DNA from: an uncultured Spirochaetota bacterium
Lineage (GTDB): Bacteria > Spirochaetota > Brevinematia > Brevinematales > JAOACQ01
DNA length: 64,000 nt
Direction of reading: 5' to 3'
Assembly: GCA_963835575.1 (NCBI GenBank)
Contig: CAWIGG010000004.1
Coordinates: 869,672 to 933,671 of the forward strand
Shown here: in pieces, positions 58,874-64,000 of the stretch
Layout of the letters: each line of letters opens with the position of its first letter
Position numbering within the stretch: the stretch's first letter is position 1
Program-made: the position numbers and the translations under genes
The notes under the pieces: generated by a model
Databases searched by the model: none
Told to the model about the DNA's origin: nothing
What the model saw: the letters and a program-made list of their open reading frames with translations, nothing else

Positions 58874-59230
58874 TTATTTTTCCTTTTCCCTGTAAATTTC
58901 AACGCCGACGCTTCTGGCGAAGCGGAGCGCGGAAGGCTTTTCCACAAGGACCTGTACTGCCTTCACGCCGCTGAATTCCAGGCAGATTTCCGAGATTTTT
59001 TCCGCCAGGGCTTCAATGAGAAAAAACTGTGAAGATTCTACAGTGCTGAAAACCTGTTTTTTAATGGCGCGGTAATCCACCGTGTCCTCAAAACGGTCTG
59101 TCCCGCAGGCTTTTTTCAGATCGGCGGACAGAGTGATATTAATAATGACATCCTGTTTTTCCCGCCTTTCCTCCTCGTTAATCCCGATGATGCAGCGGGC
59201 CAGCAGGTCTTTAATATGAATTTTATCCAT
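58874..59230 (-). CDS. Dihydroneopterin aldolase/epimerase family (FolB or FolX)
   Basis: IIGINEEER..Q, TVDY, FFLIEALAE, EKPSALRFARSVGVEI. Confidence 0.85.
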   Translation of the reverse strand: MDKIHIKDLLARCIIGINEEERREKQDVIINITLSADLKKACGTDRFEDTVDYRAIKKQVFSTVESSQFFLIEALAEKISEICLEFSGVKAVQVLVEKPSALRFARSVGVEIYREKEK

Positions 59231-59284
59231 AATGACTCCTCCGATCCTGTTTTATCTATCCGGGGATTTCTAGCTTACAGGTTG

Positions 59285-59383
59285 GAACCACAGATTACAC
59301 CGATTTTACAGATATTTCTCTAATAAGTCTGGATTTCTATTTCCAAAACTTATAATCTGTGTTTTCTGTGAAATCTGTGGTTC
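59285..59383. repeat. Minimal empty inverted pair of module D
   Basis: GAACCACAGAT TACACCGAT TTTACAGAT, about 40 bp, then ATCTGTGTT TTCTGTGAA ATCTGTGGTTC. Confidence 0.8.
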
Positions 59384-59434
59384 AGTTTCCTTGTTCCATA
59401 CCTGTTAAACTATTTATTCTATCAAAATGTTTTT

Positions 59435-60172
59435 TTAACCTGCCGTTAAGTGCCATCCCCCGTCGACAAAGATGATTTCCCCGGTGATAAATTCGCTCTT
59501 TATTAAAAATAAAACAGTTTCCGTTATGTCCCGGACGCTGCCATGGCGCTTTAATGGGACAGCTTCGCTTAAACCATTAAGGTATTTTTCGTCTTTACCG
59601 GCCGGCGGAAGGATCAGACCAGGGGCTATGCCGTTGACGCGGATACCGGGGGCGAATTCAAGCGCCGTCAATTTTGTGAATGATTCCAGCATTTTTTTGC
59701 CGAATAGATAAGACACATGCTTTTTATTGAAGCCCTTGATGCGGCTGTCCAGCAGGTTGATTATCACGCCATTTTTTACCTTGAGAGCGAATTCGCGGCT
59801 GAGGTAAAAAGGCGCCCAGGCGTTAATCCGGATATTTTTGATCAGGCCTTCCCATTTTAAATCCATGACAGTATCTGTAGGAAACAGGGAAGCGCTGTTG
59901 ATGAGGATGTCTAATGAGCCGATCTTTTCAATTGAGGCGGATATCAAATTTTTATAATCTTTTTCATTTTCAAAATCAGCTTTTATCAAAGAGCATTTCA
60001 CTCCTTTTTTTTCAAGTTCCAGCCGCAGGCTTTCCGCCTCGCCGGCCGAATCTTTATAGTGAATGACGATATCCGCTCCTTCAGAAGCCAGCGCGAGCGC
60101 AATTTCCCGCCCAATCCTTCTGGCCCCGCCTGTAATCAGCGCAGTTTTACCCCCTAAAAAGCCTTTCCCCAT
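59435..60172 (-). CDS. Pteridine reductase-like SDR (FolM/PTR1 type)
   Basis: TGGARRIG, IHY, INSAS, YLFGK (YxxxK), RVNGIAPGLIL, VDGG. Confidence 0.85.
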   Translation of the reverse strand: MGKGFLGGKTALITGGARRIGREIALALASEGADIVIHYKDSAGEAESLRLELEKKGVKCSLIKADFENEKDYKNLISASIEKIGSLDILINSASLFPTDTVMDLKWEGLIKNIRINAWAPFYLSREFALKVKNGVIINLLDSRIKGFNKKHVSYLFGKKMLESFTKLTALEFAPGIRVNGIAPGLILPPAGKDEKYLNGLSEAVPLKRHGSVRDITETVLFLIKSEFITGEIIFVDGGWHLTAG

Positions 60173-60174
60173 AT

Positions 60175-60492
60175 TTACCTCAATAAATCGATCTTTGCCG
60201 CCAGAATGAAGTCATTCATGGACAAGCCGCCGATCTTATGCGTCGATAAATTCAGCCTCACTTTATTGTAAGAAATAGCGATGTCGGGATGATGGTCTTC
60301 GGCATGCGCTAAATCGGCAACTTTATTGACAAACTGCATGGCCTCTTCAAAATCTTTATATATAAATTCCCGAGTTAGAAGGGACGTTTTGAAAATCCAA
60401 TCCGGTATTTCTTTCAACATCTGCTGTATAGTTTTAAGATCAAGCGGCAGGATGTTTTTATCGATACGCGTGCATTTGAGACTGCTGAGCAT
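60175..60492 (-). CDS. phhB: Pterin-4a-carbinolamine dehydratase
   Basis: EDHHPDI, LSTHKIGGLSMNDFILAAKID. Confidence 0.92.
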   Translation of the reverse strand: MLSSLKCTRIDKNILPLDLKTIQQMLKEIPDWIFKTSLLTREFIYKDFEEAMQFVNKVADLAHAEDHHPDIAISYNKVRLNLSTHKIGGLSMNDFILAAKIDLLR

Positions 60493-60500
60493 AAAGCCTC

Positions 60501-61709
60501 CTAATAGGCGATCGCGTTTTTCAATTCTTCCGGCTTAATTTTTGTCTGCTTTCGTATTAAATCCCTCGCGGCCGGTATTTTATCCCAGACATTGCAGAGC
60601 AAAACGCCTCTGACAATATCGTCTTTCAAATAATAAATAATGCCGGTGTCGTATTCTTTTTTCCAGACATCGATAGTATTAAGCTGCGGGTTGATATCGC
60701 CGGCCGCCTCGTAGCCGAACTCAAAAAGATCCGAGAAAAAGTATGGTATAATATCGAATTTTGTGTAAGCGCCGGCCATGTTGTTGCCCGCTGTTTTACC
60801 CTGAGCCATGGAATTATCCCAATGCTCGATCCTTAAACGCTCGCCCAGGGCTATTGAAATAAAATTTGTATTATCGCCGGCCGAATAAATGTCCGGGTTG
60901 GAAGTCTGCAGGTATTCGTTTACCATGATCCCGTTGCCGGTGTTTAATCCGGATTTCTGGGCCAGATCCATCGCCGGCATGATGCCGATGCCCGCGATGA
61001 TGATGTCTGATATTATTTCTTTTCCATTTTTTGTTTTTGTTAAGATACTGCGGCCTTTCTTTTCGAAAGAAACCGGAATGTCCTGATTGAGAATTGTTAT
61101 TCCGCGCTTAATATAATGTTTCTGCATCGTTGTGCCCAGGCCCTCGGGGAATATCCTCTGCACCATATAATCTTCCGGAAAGATCATGGTTACATCCACT
61201 TTATTGATATTAAGGGACGCGGCCAGCTCGGAACCGATAAAGCCCCCGCCGATGATAACGGCTTTTCTGCCTTCCTCTGCCATGGCGCGGATGTTTTTAT
61301 AATCGTTCATGGTCCTGAAATAACAGATTTCATCAAGGCGGCTGTCCGGGATATCCATTTTACGCGGTATCCCGCCTGTGGCAAGGAGAAGTTTTGTATA
61401 GGAAATATTTTCCCCATTATCAATAACAAGTTCTTTTTCCTTTATATCTAGATTGATTACGGTTGTTCCCAGGGCCAGATCGACATGATTGCCTTTATAG
61501 AAAGAATCATCATGAAGAAATATCTCTGATAGTTTCTTTTTACCCAGCCAGAGCTTCTTGGATAAAGGAGGCCTGTCATACGGCATGTTCTTTTCAGAAC
61601 CGATGAGTAAAATTGTGCCGTTTTTATCCACTTCTCTAATGCCGTCAATGGCCGATACTCCCGCCAACCCGCTTCCCACAATCACATATTGATATTTATT
61701 TCCAGTCAT
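60501..61709 (-). CDS. FAD/NAD(P)H oxidoreductase (ferredoxin reductase or monodehydroascorbate reductase-like)
   Basis: IVGSGLAG, PYDRPPLSK, LLLATG, IIGGGFIGSE, TSNPDIYSAGD, RIEHW, PYFFSD. Confidence 0.88.
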   Translation of the reverse strand: MTGNKYQYVIVGSGLAGVSAIDGIREVDKNGTILLIGSEKNMPYDRPPLSKKLWLGKKKLSEIFLHDDSFYKGNHVDLALGTTVINLDIKEKELVIDNGENISYTKLLLATGGIPRKMDIPDSRLDEICYFRTMNDYKNIRAMAEEGRKAVIIGGGFIGSELAASLNINKVDVTMIFPEDYMVQRIFPEGLGTTMQKHYIKRGITILNQDIPVSFEKKGRSILTKTKNGKEIISDIIIAGIGIMPAMDLAQKSGLNTGNGIMVNEYLQTSNPDIYSAGDNTNFISIALGERLRIEHWDNSMAQGKTAGNNMAGAYTKFDIIPYFFSDLFEFGYEAAGDINPQLNTIDVWKKEYDTGIIYYLKDDIVRGVLLCNVWDKIPAARDLIRKQTKIKPEELKNAIAY

Positions 61710-61962
61710 ATCAGCCTCCTATTTCATTTATATATCTTTTTAATAATTTAAACATTATTTCTCAATTCGAAAAGACATATTTTTAAATTTATTTCCCAAT
61801 AGACCATTATTAATTATGAATGGTAAACAATATGAATGAAAAATTGACTTTATGTTGGTTGCTTTTTATCATTTTTACCTAAAAATTTGATGATTTGTTC
61901 TTTATTATCATTAAAAAGCAGCTGCACAAGGTTGGGTTTTTAGAACCGCTTTAAAAATATTA

Positions 61963-63482
61963 GTAACTATCCAGCCACTAAAAAATAGTCACATGAAATA
62001 TTTGCATTGAGCATGAAACCATGCTATTCTATAGCATGAATGAAGATAGAAGAGAAAAAGACTGTGCGGCCTGCTTAAAACGATTTGAAGGCATCATTGC
62101 TGATTTACAAAACCAGATAAAGGAGCAGGGTTTAATCATTCAAAGACAAGCGGAAAAGATTAAGAAATTGGAAGAACAGCTTAATAAGGACAGCCATAAC
62201 AGCAATAAACCGCCGTCTTCCGATAATCCATTCCAAAATACAGTAAAGAATTTACGGAAAAAGAGCGGTAAAAAACAAGGCGGCCAGTTTGGACATAAGG
62301 GAAATACTCTGAAGAAAGTAGAAAGCCCTGATAAGATCATAGAACATCAGGTTGAAAAATGTTCCTGTTGTGGAATTGATTTAAGTTCCGAATCAGTTAA
62401 GCGGACGGAAAGAAGGCAGGTGTTCGATATACCTCCGATAAAAGTGGAAGTTACCGAACATCGCTCGGAAGTAAAAGATTGTCCGCATTGCGGTGCGAGA
62501 GTAACGGCGGAGTTTCCGGAAGGCATAACCAATAAGGCACAGTATGGAAAAAACATTAAAGCGCATCTGGTCTATATGAAAACATATGGGTTGATACCCT
62601 ATGAAAGGCTTTCGGAATACGCCGAATGTTTATTGGGAGTGCCGCTCAGCAAGGCAACGATTGAAGGATTTATCCGGGAGACCTACAATAAATTAGAAGA
62701 GTATGAACAGAAAGTCATAGAACTGATACTAAAAGAAGTGGTTCTTCACTGTGATGAAACCGGTATTCGGATAAAAGGGTTATTAAAATGGCTCCATGTT
62801 GCCTCGAATGAACGTTTTACCTATTATTTTTCTCATGACAAACGCGGCACAGAGGCGATGCGTGCGATGGACATTCTCACAAGATTTACCGGTATTATTA
62901 TCCACGATGGATGGAAAAGTTATCTGGAATTCTTATGCCGTCATGGATTGTGTAATGTACACCATTTGAGAGAGCTAATCTGGATACATGAGGAAATGGG
63001 TCAGGAATGGGCTAAGGAGATGGGTAATCTTCTTATAAGGATTAAGAATGATAAAGAGGCAAGTTTTCCAATACCGGCGGAAAGGATTATAGAATATGAT
63101 ACGGAATATGACCGGATCATCGCGAAAGGATTTGCTGTAAATCCAACGCCTGAAAAGCCGGAAGGACTTGTTAAACGCGGCAGAAAAAAGCGGGGCAAGG
63201 TTTTATGCCTATTAGACCGATTAAGAAAATATAAAGAATCTGTCCTTTTATTTATGCGGGAAAAAGATGTTCCATTCAGCAACAATTTGGCGGAACGGGA
63301 TATCAGAATGATAAAAGTCCAGCAGAAAATATCAGGTACATTCAGAAGCTGGAATGGAGCGGCTGCCTTTTGCAGAATCAGGGGTTATATATCTACAGTA
63401 AAAAAGATGGGCGTCAGTGTTTATCAAGCCCTTATTGACGCGTTGAACGGCTCCGCTATTAAATATGCGGCTGGATAGTTAC
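61963..63482 (+). mobile_element. IS66-family insertion sequence (single-ORF type), complete
   Basis: 14-bp perfect terminal IR GTAACTATCCAGCC / GGCTGGATAGTTAC, flanked by the 8-bp target duplication AAATATTA (61955-61962 and 63483-63490). Confidence 0.95.
62036..63478 (+). CDS. IS66-family transposase
   Basis: Coiled coil, NSNKPPSSD, GGQFGHKG, CxxC zinc motifs, HCDETG, IHDG, NNLAERDIR..KV.QKISG. Confidence 0.93.
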   Translation: MNEDRREKDCAACLKRFEGIIADLQNQIKEQGLIIQRQAEKIKKLEEQLNKDSHNSNKPPSSDNPFQNTVKNLRKKSGKKQGGQFGHKGNTLKKVESPDKIIEHQVEKCSCCGIDLSSESVKRTERRQVFDIPPIKVEVTEHRSEVKDCPHCGARVTAEFPEGITNKAQYGKNIKAHLVYMKTYGLIPYERLSEYAECLLGVPLSKATIEGFIRETYNKLEEYEQKVIELILKEVVLHCDETGIRIKGLLKWLHVASNERFTYYFSHDKRGTEAMRAMDILTRFTGIIIHDGWKSYLEFLCRHGLCNVHHLRELIWIHEEMGQEWAKEMGNLLIRIKNDKEASFPIPAERIIEYDTEYDRIIAKGFAVNPTPEKPEGLVKRGRKKRGKVLCLLDRLRKYKESVLLFMREKDVPFSNNLAERDIRMIKVQQKISGTFRSWNGAAAFCRIRGYISTVKKMGVSVYQALIDALNGSAIKYAAG

Positions 63483-63778
63483 AAATATTATTTAATAAAA
63501 TTTCATTTTTTTTTAAACTTTATGGTATTATATATAGTGGGAAATTGGTTCCGGGGCCGGGTTTAATTCGCCATAAATGAGCAATGTTAAGGTTCTTAAT
63601 ATCAGAAATATATATTTGATGGGAAATTCGTATCAGCAGCAATTTGTTGTTATTTATCAAGACTTTACGCTCATCAGCTTGTTTAATTAAAAATATCAGG
63701 GGAAAGTAAAAAAGTGATTTTGAGGCTGTATAATGCATTAATTATGCAGTTGATTATAAAATATTTATGGTGGTATTT

Positions 63779-64000
63779 ATGATAGGTAAAAGATCTATTC
63801 ATTCATTTTCTTTATTATGCCTGATTATATCGGCAGTCAGCTTTTCTTCCTGTGATATTATGGCGAGAACGTTCGGGGACACCGATTTGAGCGGAAATTT
63901 AAAGAACCAGCCAAATGCCGATGTCTATGCGGCCGGTTATTTTGTTAATCCTAACTATCCTAGGGCCTGTTATTGGAAGAACGGTGTTGTAACACAGTTG
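63779..64000 (+). CDS. Lipoprotein, 5' part (runs off the window end)
   Basis: Open frame MIGKRSIHSFSLLCLIISAVSFSS|CDIM...DVYAAGY...ACYWKNG: a lipobox and a beta-propeller-type repeat. Confidence 0.7.
   Translation, partial: MIGKRSIHSFSLLCLIISAVSFSSCDIMARTFGDTDLSGNLKNQPNADVYAAGYFVNPNYPRACYWKNGVVTQL

Overview
Bacterial genomic window. It is possibly from an anaerobic spirochaete-like organism, but that is weak inference from gene content and one lipobox. Core content: the 3' end of cysS; a GT2 synthase with two secreted glycoside hydrolases; a TolC/MacAB-type exporter; an MFS transporter; a four-subunit group A3 (Hnd/HydABCD-type) [FeFe]-hydrogenase operon followed by genes of an Ehr (Ni-less, group 4 hydrogenase-related) membrane complex; typA; two giant kinase-AAA-GAF signalling paralogues (GGDEF and PP2C outputs); a pterin gene cluster; and an intact IS66. 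The most unusual signal is non-coding. A family of short modules built from 9/10-bp phased C(A/G)GAT or GAAG units occurs in inverted, partly nested pairs. These pairs are gene-less at 13798-14381 and 59285-59383, and they bracket accessory genes elsewhere: an AT-rich Ser/Thr kinase at 22019-23545 and a ~9 kb defence-type block at 33225-42158. A second set of recurring spacer modules, plus one shared TTGACA-N17-TAAGAT promoter, separates the co-oriented, unrelated genes downstream of typA. Together they look like a gene-cassette capture system with no recombinase in the window. Also seen: a candidate ~135-nt structured RNA at 601-735, two unannotated small proteins, two single-base frameshifts (possibly sequencing errors) and a head-to-head double 5' truncation. 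No CRISPR array, rRNA or tRNA was seen. All family assignments come from motif recognition by eye, not from searches.
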